DNA of 64,000 nucleotides, from contig JAKSOL010000009.1 of the NCBI GenBank assembly GCA_024405635.1, forward strand, positions 32,001 through 96,000, in the 5' to 3' direction. This stretch comes from Salinivirgaceae bacterium (GTDB lineage: Bacteria > Bacteroidota > Bacteroidia > Bacteroidales > SZUA-534). Below, piece after piece: positions 38,849 through 48,620 of the stretch. The notes under the pieces were generated by a model that was not told the origin of the DNA, searched no databases, and worked only from the letters and a program-made list of their open reading frames with translations. The position numbers and the translations under genes are program-made. How positions within the stretch are numbered: the first letter of the stretch is position 1; each line of letters begins with the position of its first letter.

Positions 38849-40981
38849 ATGAAACAACTAATAACAATTCTTTTTGCTTGCATAACACTCAACGCATCGG
38901 CAAAAGAAGGTATGTGGCTACCTTTTTTGCTCGAAAACAACATAGCCGACATGCAAGACTTTGGTTTGCGCCTTTCGGCCGACGACATATACAATATAAA
39001 CCAAGCTTGCATTAAAGACGCCATTGTGGGATTTGTACACAACGACTCGCCCTTTTGGCATTTCTGCTCCGGATCTGTTATTTCGGCACAAGGTTTAGTT
39101 GTAACAAACCACCACTGCGGGCTCGATGCAATACGCGCAAACAGCACTCAACACCACAACTATTTAGCCGATGGATTTTGGGCCTCAAACTACGACGAAG
39201 AACTACCAGCCGAAGGAATAGGCATTTGTTTTTTGCGCCGGATGGAAGACGTTACCTCACGCGCACTAAAAGGTGTAACCAAACAAATGGACAGCCAAAC
39301 ACGCAAAAGCATCATCAGCGAAAACATAAACCAAATAGTTGCCGAGGCTGAACGCGGCACCACCTACAAAGCAAACGTTGACGGATTTTACGAAGACACC
39401 GAATTCTATCTTTCGGTTTACGAAATATTTACCGACGTTAGAATTGTTGCTGCTCCGCCTATGTCGATAGGCAATTTTGGCGGCGAAACCGACAACTGGA
39501 TGTGGCCACGCCACACTGGCGATTTTTGCATGTTTCGCATCTATGCAAACACCCAAAACCAACCTGCCAAATACTCGCCTAACAACAAACCATACAAACC
39601 AATCACTCACCTTAAAATAAGCACCAAAGGTGTTTCCGAAAACGATTTTGCTATGGTGATGGGATATCCAGCTGTAACAAACGAATACTTGCCAGCTTTT
39701 CAACTACAAGCAATTGAACAAAAAATTGACCCACTTGTTATTGATGCTCGCACACAACTGCTAAACATTATGCGCAGCGAAATGGAAGCCGATGAAACAG
39801 TGTTTTTGAAATACGCAAGCAAAAGGTCGCACATGTCAAATGGCTGGAAAAAGAAAATTGGCGAACGCCGCGGACTGCAAACCCTTAACATTGTTAACCA
39901 ACGCGCCCACTCCGATAGTTTACTAAACGCATGGATTTTAAGCACCGATAGTTTAAAACCATACAAAAACTTAATGGCAACATACCAAAGGCTATACAAC
40001 ATTAGACTTGACTACCAACTTGCACTGACTTTAATTTCAGAAAGTTTGCTTGCCGCCGAACCTATATACTTAGCCGAAAAGTTTTTAGCGCTAGACGCTT
40101 TTGACAAACAATCAGATGCAAAAAAAATTGCACGCACAATAAATAGTTTGAAAAACGATGCCGACGAAATGTTTGCCGACTACGACCAATCGCTTGACCA
40201 ACAACTTACACTAACAGCCCTACGATTCTACCTTCAGCACACAAACAGCATTTCGCAAGAACTAAAAAAGTTTGACGCAAAGCAACTTGACAAAATGTAT
40301 GCATCAAGCATTTTTACCGACAGCTACCGAATGGCTTCATTTTTAAATTCGTACACTCCAAAAATGAACAAAAAGCTAGAAAAAGACCCTTTCTACGCCA
40401 TTGCTAAGGAGTGTAACTCTATGGTTCAACAACTCAAAATATATCATCAAACCGACAATGCCATCGACTCGCTACAGCAACTTTACTTGATGCTACAAAG
40501 GCAATTCGATACTACTCGTGTCTTTTTCCCCGATGCAAACTCTACATTTCGCGTAAGTTACGGCAAAGTATTAGGCTACACACCAAACGATGGCGTTAGT
40601 TACTCTTACGTTACCACACTCGATGGTGTTATGGAAAAAGTTGGGCAAGGTTCTCACGATTACATGGTGCCTCAAAAACTTCGCTCACTTTACAACTCGC
40701 GCAACTACGGACAATATGCCATGTCAGATGGGCGTTTGCCAGTCTGCTTCATATCAACTAACCACACTTCAGGCGGCAACTCTGGTAGCGCATCGCTAAA
40801 TGCCAACGGAGAACTAATAGGTTTGAACTTTGACCGCGCATGGGACGGCATTGTTAGCGATATGCAATATAATCCAAACATTTGCCGAAATATTACTGTT
40901 GACATTCGCTACGTTCTTTTTCTTATCGAAAAACTTGGAGAAGCAACTTGGTTGATAGACGAAATGGACTTTGCCAAATAA
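38849..40981 (+). CDS. S46-family dipeptidyl peptidase, DPP11-like (Asp/Glu-specific by inference)
   Basis: EGMWLP, TNHHC, NW.WPRHTGDF and GGNSGS motifs. FDR at the S1 position, where Arg marks DPP11 and Gly marks DPP7. Confidence 0.9.
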   Translation: MKQLITILFACITLNASAKEGMWLPFLLENNIADMQDFGLRLSADDIYNINQACIKDAIVGFVHNDSPFWHFCSGSVISAQGLVVTNHHCGLDAIRANSTQHHNYLADGFWASNYDEELPAEGIGICFLRRMEDVTSRALKGVTKQMDSQTRKSIISENINQIVAEAERGTTYKANVDGFYEDTEFYLSVYEIFTDVRIVAAPPMSIGNFGGETDNWMWPRHTGDFCMFRIYANTQNQPAKYSPNNKPYKPITHLKISTKGVSENDFAMVMGYPAVTNEYLPAFQLQAIEQKIDPLVIDARTQLLNIMRSEMEADETVFLKYASKRSHMSNGWKKKIGERRGLQTLNIVNQRAHSDSLLNAWILSTDSLKPYKNLMATYQRLYNIRLDYQLALTLISESLLAAEPIYLAEKFLALDAFDKQSDAKKIARTINSLKNDADEMFADYDQSLDQQLTLTALRFYLQHTNSISQELKKFDAKQLDKMYASSIFTDSYRMASFLNSYTPKMNKKLEKDPFYAIAKECNSMVQQLKIYHQTDNAIDSLQQLYLMLQRQFDTTRVFFPDANSTFRVSYGKVLGYTPNDGVSYSYVTTLDGVMEKVGQGSHDYMVPQKLRSLYNSRNYGQYAMSDGRLPVCFISTNHTSGGNSGSASLNANGELIGLNFDRAWDGIVSDMQYNPNICRNITVDIRYVLFLIEKLGEATWLIDEMDFAK

Positions 40982-41045
40982 AACCGCACCTAAACAAATA
41001 AGGCCCACCCAATTGGTGAGCCTTTATTTATATTAAGCCAACTAC

Positions 41046-41699
41046 TTAGTTTCTGCGTTGTTGGTTGTTTTTCTTTTTCCTGTTTTTTTGATTTTTGCGC
41101 TGATTATTCTGCGATGAAAAATTCATAGACTGAAGTTCACGAGTGTCGCGCAACTTAACGCCCTCTGGCAATTCAAATCTACCACGCGCCATTTCCATCA
41201 TATCGTGAAAAATCACATCATCGTCAACGGTGTCGCGATTCCACTGCAAATACGAGCGCTTCATAATATTGCCCACAGCCTCAACTCGTTCTTTAAAATG
41301 TTCTTCATTGGCTGTAAGCGCCAATTTTCCAACCAAATCCTGAATAACTCTACCATAGTGTTTAAAACGAATTTCGTCTCCATAACGGTATGTCAAACGC
41401 TCAGGAACAGCAACCTCTTCGGCACTTGTTGGCAATGTGTATGGAGAATCAACATCGAGTTGGTAGTTTGCAATAACAGCCAAATGGTCCCACAACTTAT
41501 GTCGAAAATCGCCCAAATCTCTTTGCTGCGGATGCATAGTGCTCATTAAGTGAACTGTAGCCTGCGCCATACGATTACGCTTTTCACGATCGGGCTGAGA
41601 CTTTATCATCTCCACCATTTTTTGCACGTTTCGTCCATACTCTGGTAAATTCAGTTTTGGACGAGTAGTATTGTAATCAAACTTCAAGTTGTTGTCCAT
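41046..41699 (-). CDS. DUF4290 family protein
   Basis: YNT.R..L.LPEYGRN.Q.M and HKLWDHL motifs, and a basic C-terminal tail. Confidence 0.85.
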   Translation of the reverse strand: MDNNLKFDYNTTRPKLNLPEYGRNVQKMVEMIKSQPDREKRNRMAQATVHLMSTMHPQQRDLGDFRHKLWDHLAVIANYQLDVDSPYTLPTSAEEVAVPERLTYRYGDEIRFKHYGRVIQDLVGKLALTANEEHFKERVEAVGNIMKRSYLQWNRDTVDDDVIFHDMMEMARGRFELPEGVKLRDTRELQSMNFSSQNNQRKNQKNRKKKNNQQRRN

Positions 41700-41738
41700 A
41701 TTCCAATTATTATTGATGCAATATGCTCATTTTCAATA

Positions 41739-42671
41739 TTAAAACAAATTACGTTTTCGCAAAATGCAGAACAAAACCAAACTCAACACTATTGAAGTTC
41801 CAATAATATACACAAATGCCAAATTATTGTTTTCCATATAGTTAGGAACATTCATTCCGTACAAACTTGCAATAAGTGTAGGGAACATAATAATTAGAGT
41901 GATGCTGGTAAGCCTTTTCATAGTGGCATTAATGTTGTTTGAGATAACCGACGAGTAGCTCGATGACATTGAGCGAGCCACGTTTCGGTAAATAGACGTG
42001 GTTTCCTCGGCTTGTTTCAACTCAATTTCAACATCTTCAGTCAATTCTTCGTCACACACTTCGTTAATTTTTTTAGTGTGCATCATTCGATAAAACAACA
42101 CATCGTTGCCTTTTAACGATGTTTCAAAATACACAAGGCTATTGCCCAATCGTTGCAGTTGAATAATCTCGTCGTTACGAACAAAGCGCTGCAGTTCTGC
42201 CTCTAGTGCAGTAATCTGCATATTTATAAACTTCAAGTACTTAAGAAACCAAACTGACGACGAAAGCATAAGCCTCATAATAAGTTCATAATAGTTTGCA
42301 ACGGTTATTTGTTTACGCACCGAATAGGTAACAAAGTCGTGCAACATATCAATTTTAAAGTTGCAAACCGATACAAACACATCGCCACGAAAAACAAAGC
42401 CTAGCGGAACTGTTGAGTAATCGTTCAAACTATCCTCACGGCGATATGGCGCACGAATCACAATCATTTGCCAATCATCATCTTCAACTTCACGACGTGG
42501 GCGTTCGTCATTATCGTCAATATCGTTCAAAAAAGCTTCAGGAACACCTAATTTATCAATCAAGTATTTTCGCTCTTCACCCGATGGGCACTCTAGGCAC
42601 ACCCAGCATTTGGGAGTCCATGTTTGGGCAAGTTCAAAACCCTTGCCGTTGTTTTGGTAAAAATTAATCAT
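41739..42671 (-). CDS. corA: CorA-family Mg2+ transporter
   Basis: D.DERPR and SNN.N..MK.LT motifs, and the YGMN signature between two C-terminal TM helices. Confidence 0.92.
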   Translation of the reverse strand: MINFYQNNGKGFELAQTWTPKCWVCLECPSGEERKYLIDKLGVPEAFLNDIDDNDERPRREVEDDDWQMIVIRAPYRREDSLNDYSTVPLGFVFRGDVFVSVCNFKIDMLHDFVTYSVRKQITVANYYELIMRLMLSSSVWFLKYLKFINMQITALEAELQRFVRNDEIIQLQRLGNSLVYFETSLKGNDVLFYRMMHTKKINEVCDEELTEDVEIELKQAEETTSIYRNVARSMSSSYSSVISNNINATMKRLTSITLIIMFPTLIASLYGMNVPNYMENNNLAFVYIIGTSIVLSLVLFCILRKRNLF

Positions 42672-42727
42672 AACCTTCTAATCTCCATTTCTTTATGCGG
42701 AGCCTCAGGTTATGTAAGCTCCGCTGA

Positions 42728-42754
42728 TTAACGTTCGGGAGGATAATCGTCCAT
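42728..42754 (-). CDS. Putative corA leader peptide MDDYPPER
   Basis: ATG GAC GAT TAT CCT CCC GAA CGT TAA lies between a TACTTTTG -7 box (42787-42794) and a GC-rich hairpin (42697-42724). Confidence 0.55.
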   Translation of the reverse strand: MDDYPPER

Positions 42755-42833
42755 ATATATATTCTGCGTTTGTGTAGAAAGTGGCACAAAAGTAAAATAC
42801 AAATTAGGAAAACGGTGCTTTACAAAGTTTTTT

Positions 42834-44195
42834 TTACGGTAAATTCATGCGTATTTTCCAATTTTGTGGATATAGGTTGTTCCATCGTGTTCCCAAGTTC
42901 TTTACCCAACCTAACGGAGTGTTTTTGTATGTTACAAGATTAATTCCCTGTTTTGCTCCTTCAACAAAAATTGCATCGCGATGTAAATACTTTAGTGCAT
43001 CGTTCAAATTAAGGTCTATTGTATTAAAATACTGGCGATTAATATTGTTTGACATTGCCAATTCGTGCTGAGGTTGCAGTTTATTACCAAATACTTTTGC
43101 CGTTTCAATACCCGCTCCTACTACATGAAGTTTGTCGCATAGGTATTGATATTGTTTGTCTATTGATGCTGGTATTGCTCGAATTTCGTCGTTGTTCAAA
43201 TAGAACTCAAAGTTGCCTATAAGCATTGGTGTTGTTTGCTTTATCAAGGCTTGTGGGGCATGTTGCAAATGCTTTTTCACTTTGCCTTTCTGCCAGTTTG
43301 CTACATCACCGTCTTTTTTTCTAAATACACACAAGAAGAATCCTTCGCCTTTGGTTTTGTAATGAATAAACCTATAACCTTGCAAGCCGTTGTATTCAAT
43401 TTTGCAAATACCCCATTTCTCATTAATTGGCAATTGCACATTTTCCGCATCGTAGTTTTGTGCAATCCAATCCATATTCAGTTCATCTTCGTTTGGATTA
43501 AACGTACATGTGCTGTAAACCAAATAGCCGCCCGGTTTAATGCAATTCCATGCATCGGCTATAATACGGCGCTGACGTTGAGCACACAATTCAGCATTTT
43601 CAACCGACCATTCGTCCATAGCCGAATAATCGCGACGAAACAAGCCTTCTCCGGAGCAAGGTGCATCAATTGCCACCACATCAAAAAAACCTCCTAACTT
43701 TCCAAATTCCGAAGGATCGCTTTTGGTGATAATTACATTAGGCCTTCCCCATTTTGCCAAATTTTCTTGCAAAATAGGCACTCTGCTACCAATAACCTCG
43801 TTGCAAACTAGTAGCCCATTATCTCCTATCATTGATGCATAGTGTGTGCTTTTGCCTCCAGGAGCTGCGCACAAATCAAGAATTGCGGAGTTTGAAACAT
43901 TATCGCCTAATAATGTCTTTATTGCATAACCAGCAAACATTGAGCAGGCTTCTTGTACATAATACATTCCTGCATGGAAAAGAGGATCGAGTGTAAAAAC
44001 TGGTCTTTCTGACAAATAGAATCCATCATTTTCCCAACCAACAACATCGGCACTTGCTGCATCTGCATTTTTTGCCCGATTAATTCGCACACTAACAGGG
44101 GCTGGCTCTTTCAGCGATTCTAGATACAAATCGAACTCTGTACCAAGTTGTTGGCGCATGCGTTGTTCAAATGGTTTAGGCAGGTAAAATTCCAT
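42834..44195 (-). CDS. RsmF/NOL1/NOP2/Sun family rRNA m5C methyltransferase
   Basis: YYVQE, LDLCAAPGGKS, DAPCSGEG and YSTCT motifs. Confidence 0.9.
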   Translation of the reverse strand: MEFYLPKPFEQRMRQQLGTEFDLYLESLKEPAPVSVRINRAKNADAASADVVGWENDGFYLSERPVFTLDPLFHAGMYYVQEACSMFAGYAIKTLLGDNVSNSAILDLCAAPGGKSTHYASMIGDNGLLVCNEVIGSRVPILQENLAKWGRPNVIITKSDPSEFGKLGGFFDVVAIDAPCSGEGLFRRDYSAMDEWSVENAELCAQRQRRIIADAWNCIKPGGYLVYSTCTFNPNEDELNMDWIAQNYDAENVQLPINEKWGICKIEYNGLQGYRFIHYKTKGEGFFLCVFRKKDGDVANWQKGKVKKHLQHAPQALIKQTTPMLIGNFEFYLNNDEIRAIPASIDKQYQYLCDKLHVVGAGIETAKVFGNKLQPQHELAMSNNINRQYFNTIDLNLNDALKYLHRDAIFVEGAKQGINLVTYKNTPLGWVKNLGTRWNNLYPQNWKIRMNLP

Positions 44196-44254
44196 ATTGT
44201 GTTTTTTGAATGTTAAGCGAATATACAACAGCAAAACAACAAATGCCAACAAAC

Positions 44255-44285
44255 AAAAAAGGGCGGCCTAAAGGCCGCCCTTTTT
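44255..44285 (-). terminator. rpoC intrinsic terminator
   Basis: AAAAAA-GGGCGGCC-taaa-GGCCGCCC-TTTTT. Confidence 0.9.
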
Positions 44286-44304
44286 ATAGTATTAAAACAA
44301 AGTT

Positions 44305-47300
44305 TTACTCTTCGTCGTTAAGTGCAATTGTTTCAAAGTCCTCTTTAGGAGTTACAATAACATCGTTAAAGCGGCGAACACCAGTACCAGCAGGAATCAA
44401 GTGTCCAACAATAACGTTTTCTTTCAATCCCTCAAGGCTATCTGACTTACCTTCAATTGCAGCCTCGTTAAGCACCTTAGTTGTCTCTTGGAATGACGCA
44501 GCAGAAATGAAACTACGTGTTTTAAGAGCAGCTTTGGTAATACCTTGAAGAACCTGTGTTGAAGTTGCAGGAACAGCATCGCGTGCCTCAATTTGTCTCA
44601 AGTCCTTACGTTTCAAGATAGAGTTCTCGTCACGTAGTTTGCGAGCTGAAATGATGCTTCCAACATGCAAGTCTGAATCACCTTTGTCAACAATAACTTT
44701 CTTGTCCCAAATCCAATCGTTTTCTTCAAGGAAGTCGTTTTTGTCAACCAATTGTTTTTCAAGGAATTTGGTATCACCTGGCTCTGCAATTTCAACTTTA
44801 CGCATCATTTGGCGAACAATCACCTCAAAGTGCTTATCGTTGATTTTCACACCTTGCAAACGGTAAACCTCTTGAACCTCATTAACAATGTATTCTTGAA
44901 CTTTGGTAGGTCCTTTAATTTTCAAGATATCAGATGGAGTAATCACACCGTCAGACAATGGGATACCTGCTCTTACATAGTCGCCTTCTTGTACAAGGAT
45001 TTGTTTTGAAAGCGAAATCAAGTATTTTGCCTCCTCGCCTGTACGCGATGTGATAACAATCTCGCGGCTACCACGTTTAATCTTGCCGTAAGAAACTGTA
45101 CCATCAATCTCAGCTACAATTGCTGGGTTAGATGGGTTACGAGCCTCAAACAACTCAGTAACACGTGGAAGACCACCAGTAATATCGCCCGCTTTACTAT
45201 TAGCACGAGGTATCTTAACAATTACTTGGCCACACTTAATTTTTTCTCCCTCTGAAACTACTACGTGAGCACCTACTGGAGTGTTGTAAGTCTTTATAAC
45301 ATCGCCTGCTTTGTCTTTAATAACAATTGCAGGGTTTTTGGTTTTGTCACGAGACTCAATAACCACTTTTTCACCGAAACCTGTTGTTTCGTCAGTCTCA
45401 CTACGATATGTTACATTTTCTTGGAAGTTATCCAATGTACACTCACCGCTGGCCTCTGAAATAATAACAGCGTTGTATGGGTCCCATTCGCAAATCAAGT
45501 CACCTTTCTTAACCTCTGCACCATCTTTTACATACAATTTAGAACCGTATGAAATATCGTGATGTGCAAGTTCAATTCCAGTTTCTTTTGCTACCAAGCG
45601 CATTTCTGCCAAACGACCAACAACTACATCTACACCTTTATCTTCCTCGCTAGCAATTGAGCGAAGTTCTTCAAAGTGAACAATACCATCGTTGTTTGCT
45701 ACAATGCTCGAATCGGTTGCAACGTTACCTGCTGTACCACCCACGTGGAAAGTACGAAGTGTCAACTGTGTACCAGGCTCACCAATTGATTGAGCAGCAA
45801 TAACACCTACTGCTTCACCAATTTGAACCATTCGGCTATTTGACAAGTTACGTCCATAACATTTTGCACAAACGCCATTCTTTGACTCGCATGTCAATAC
45901 CGAACGCATCTCAACTTGCTCAATTGGAGACTCATCAATAACTTTGGCAATCTCCTCGGTAAATTCCTCACCAGCCTTGATAATTAATTCACCTGTAATT
46001 GGGTGATAAATATCATGAACTGAAGTACGGCCAAGAATACGTTCGTACAACGACTCAACTATATCCTCGTTCTTCTTAAGAGCTGTAGCAACCAAACCTC
46101 TTAATGTACCGCAATCTTCTTCATTAATAATAACATCATTTGAAACGTCAACCAAACGACGAGTCAAGTAACCAGCATCGGCTGTTTTCAAAGCAGTATC
46201 GGCCAAACCCTTACGAGCACCGTGCGATGAAATAAAGAACTCGTGACCAGACAAACCTTCTTTAAAGTTCGATAGAATTGGTGTCTCAATAATCTGTCCA
46301 CCCTCTGCGCCTGCTTTTTGTGGTTTTGCCATCAAACCACGCATTCCACAAAGCTGACGAATCTGCTCCTTTGAACCACGGGCTCCAGAGTCAAGCATCA
46401 TGTATACTGAGTTGAATCCTTGACGGTCGCTACTCAATTGTTTCATCAATTTATCAGTTAATTGAGCATTAACACGTGTCCAAATATCAATAACCTGATT
46501 GTAACGTTCGTTGTTTGTGATGAAACCCATATTATAGTTACCCATAACCTCGGCAATCTCATCATAACCTTTATTTACCAATTCAGCTTTGTCGGCTGGA
46601 ATAATAACGTCGCCCAAATTAAACGACAATCCACCTTCAAATGCCATGCGGTATCCTAAGTTCTTGATATCGTCAAGGAATTGTGCAGTAACTGCAGTTC
46701 CACAAACTTTATATACTTTACCAATTATATCACGAAGCGATTTTTTGGTCAAGATAGTATTCAAATAACCTACTTCAGTAGGTACAAATTCGTTAACAAT
46801 TACGCGACCAACTGTTGTTTCAATAATACGGTCAACAATGTTTCCGTTTTCATCAACATCTTTGGTTTTAACTTTAATGTTAGCGTGAAGGTCAACTCTC
46901 TTTTCGTTGTATGCAATTTGCACCTCCTCTGGAGAATAGAAGGTAATGCCCTCACCCAACGCACCTTTTAGTCCTTTTGTAATGTAATACAAACCAAGAA
47001 CCATGTCTTGAGAAGGCACTGTAATAGGAGCTCCATTAGCAGGGTTTAGAATGTTATGTGAACCTAGCATCAACATTTGAGCCTCAAGTACTGCTGCATT
47101 ACCTAGTGGCAAGTGAACAGCCATTTGGTCACCATCAAAGTCGGCGTTGAACGCTGTACATGCCAATGGATGAAGTTGAATAGCTTTTCCCTCAATAAGT
47201 TTAGGTTGGAAAGCTTGGATACCCAAACGGTGCAAGGTAGGAGCACGGTTTAATAATACTGGGTGTCCTTTAATAACGTTCTCCAAAATATCCCAAACTA

Positions 47301-48555
47301 CAGGATCTTTTCTATCTACAATCTTTTTAGCTGATTTTACGGTTTTTACAATACCACGCTCAATCAACTTTCTAATAACAAATGGCTTATATAGTTCGGC
47401 AGCCATATCTTTTGGCAAACCGCACTCATGCATTTTCAATTCAGGACCAACGACAATTACTGAACGAGCTGAATAGTCAACACGTTTACCAAGCAAGTTT
47501 TGACGGAAACGACCTTGTTTTCCTTTCAAACTATCACTCAACGATTTAAGCGAGCGATTGCTATCTGCTCTAACTGTTGACGACTTACGTGAGTTGTCAA
47601 ACAACGAGTCAACAGCCTCTTGCAACATACGTTTCTCATTGCGAAGGATTACTTCTGGAGCCTTAATGTTGATAAGACGTTTCAAACGGTTATTACGAAT
47701 AATAACACGACGATATAAGTCATTCAAGTCAGAAGTAGCAAATCGACCACCATCAAGTGGTACCAAAGGACGCAACTCTGGAGGAGTTACAGGAACAACT
47801 TTGATAATCATCCACTCTGGACGGTTTTTGCCTTTTGATGCACGGAATGACTCAACTATTTGCAAACGTTTTAATGCTTCTGCCTTACGTTGTTGCGAAG
47901 TTTCGGTTGATGCCGAAGCTCTCAAGCTAGCTGCAAGTTCGTCCAAGTCAATGTTTTGTAGCAATTCGTAAATTGCTTCGGCACCCATTTTTGCAACAAA
48001 CTTGTTTGGATCTTTATCGTCAAGATATTGGTTTTCTTTTGGCAGTCTATCGCACAAATCCAAATACTCTTCTTCTGAAAGAAGGTCAAGTTTCTTAACT
48101 CCTTCCTCCTCTAGAATACCAGGATTGATAACCGCATATTTCTCGTAATAAATGATCGAGTCCAACTTTTTGGCAGGAATACCCAACAAGTAACCAATTT
48201 TGTTAGGCATTGATTTAAAGTACCAAATATGAGCTACTGGAACCTCCAATTGAATGTGTCCCATACGCTCGCGACGTACTTTTTTCTCTGTCACTTCAAC
48301 ACCGCATCGGTCACAAACAATGCCTTTATATCTAATACGTTTGTACTTACCGCAATGGCACTCATAGTCTTTTACTGGACCAAAGATGCGCTCGCAGAAC
48401 AAACCATCTCTTTCTGGTTTGTATGTACGATAGTTGATAGTTTCTGGCTTCAAAACCTCACCGGCTGATCGTTCCAAAATCTCTTCTGGTGATGCCAACC
48501 CAATTGTGATATGAGTGAACTCGCTCTTTGTTTTATTTTCCTTTCTAAAAGCCAT
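44305..48555 (-). CDS. rpoC: RNA polymerase beta' subunit
   Basis: NADFDGD, the zinc-finger cysteines and QLTLRTFH. Confidence 0.99.
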   Translation of the reverse strand: MAFRKENKTKSEFTHITIGLASPEEILERSAGEVLKPETINYRTYKPERDGLFCERIFGPVKDYECHCGKYKRIRYKGIVCDRCGVEVTEKKVRRERMGHIQLEVPVAHIWYFKSMPNKIGYLLGIPAKKLDSIIYYEKYAVINPGILEEEGVKKLDLLSEEEYLDLCDRLPKENQYLDDKDPNKFVAKMGAEAIYELLQNIDLDELAASLRASASTETSQQRKAEALKRLQIVESFRASKGKNRPEWMIIKVVPVTPPELRPLVPLDGGRFATSDLNDLYRRVIIRNNRLKRLINIKAPEVILRNEKRMLQEAVDSLFDNSRKSSTVRADSNRSLKSLSDSLKGKQGRFRQNLLGKRVDYSARSVIVVGPELKMHECGLPKDMAAELYKPFVIRKLIERGIVKTVKSAKKIVDRKDPVVWDILENVIKGHPVLLNRAPTLHRLGIQAFQPKLIEGKAIQLHPLACTAFNADFDGDQMAVHLPLGNAAVLEAQMLMLGSHNILNPANGAPITVPSQDMVLGLYYITKGLKGALGEGITFYSPEEVQIAYNEKRVDLHANIKVKTKDVDENGNIVDRIIETTVGRVIVNEFVPTEVGYLNTILTKKSLRDIIGKVYKVCGTAVTAQFLDDIKNLGYRMAFEGGLSFNLGDVIIPADKAELVNKGYDEIAEVMGNYNMGFITNNERYNQVIDIWTRVNAQLTDKLMKQLSSDRQGFNSVYMMLDSGARGSKEQIRQLCGMRGLMAKPQKAGAEGGQIIETPILSNFKEGLSGHEFFISSHGARKGLADTALKTADAGYLTRRLVDVSNDVIINEEDCGTLRGLVATALKKNEDIVESLYERILGRTSVHDIYHPITGELIIKAGEEFTEEIAKVIDESPIEQVEMRSVLTCESKNGVCAKCYGRNLSNSRMVQIGEAVGVIAAQSIGEPGTQLTLRTFHVGGTAGNVATDSSIVANNDGIVHFEELRSIASEEDKGVDVVVGRLAEMRLVAKETGIELAHHDISYGSKLYVKDGAEVKKGDLICEWDPYNAVIISEASGECTLDNFQENVTYRSETDETTGFGEKVVIESRDKTKNPAIVIKDKAGDVIKTYNTPVGAHVVVSEGEKIKCGQVIVKIPRANSKAGDITGGLPRVTELFEARNPSNPAIVAEIDGTVSYGKIKRGSREIVITSRTGEEAKYLISLSKQILVQEGDYVRAGIPLSDGVITPSDILKIKGPTKVQEYIVNEVQEVYRLQGVKINDKHFEVIVRQMMRKVEIAEPGDTKFLEKQLVDKNDFLEENDWIWDKKVIVDKGDSDLHVGSIISARKLRDENSILKRKDLRQIEARDAVPATSTQVLQGITKAALKTRSFISAASFQETTKVLNEAAIEGKSDSLEGLKENVIVGHLIPAGTGVRRFNDVIVTPKEDFETIALNDEE

Positions 48556-48620
48556 AGATGGATTTATTTAAAAAGTTTATAAAGAGAGTAGGTGTTACCC
48601 CACTCTCCTATTTTTTTTGA

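Noticed and set aside
48583-48618. Hairpin between rpoB and rpoC
   Set aside because: Only a short U tract in the transcribed direction. More likely a stability or processing stem, and unremarkable.
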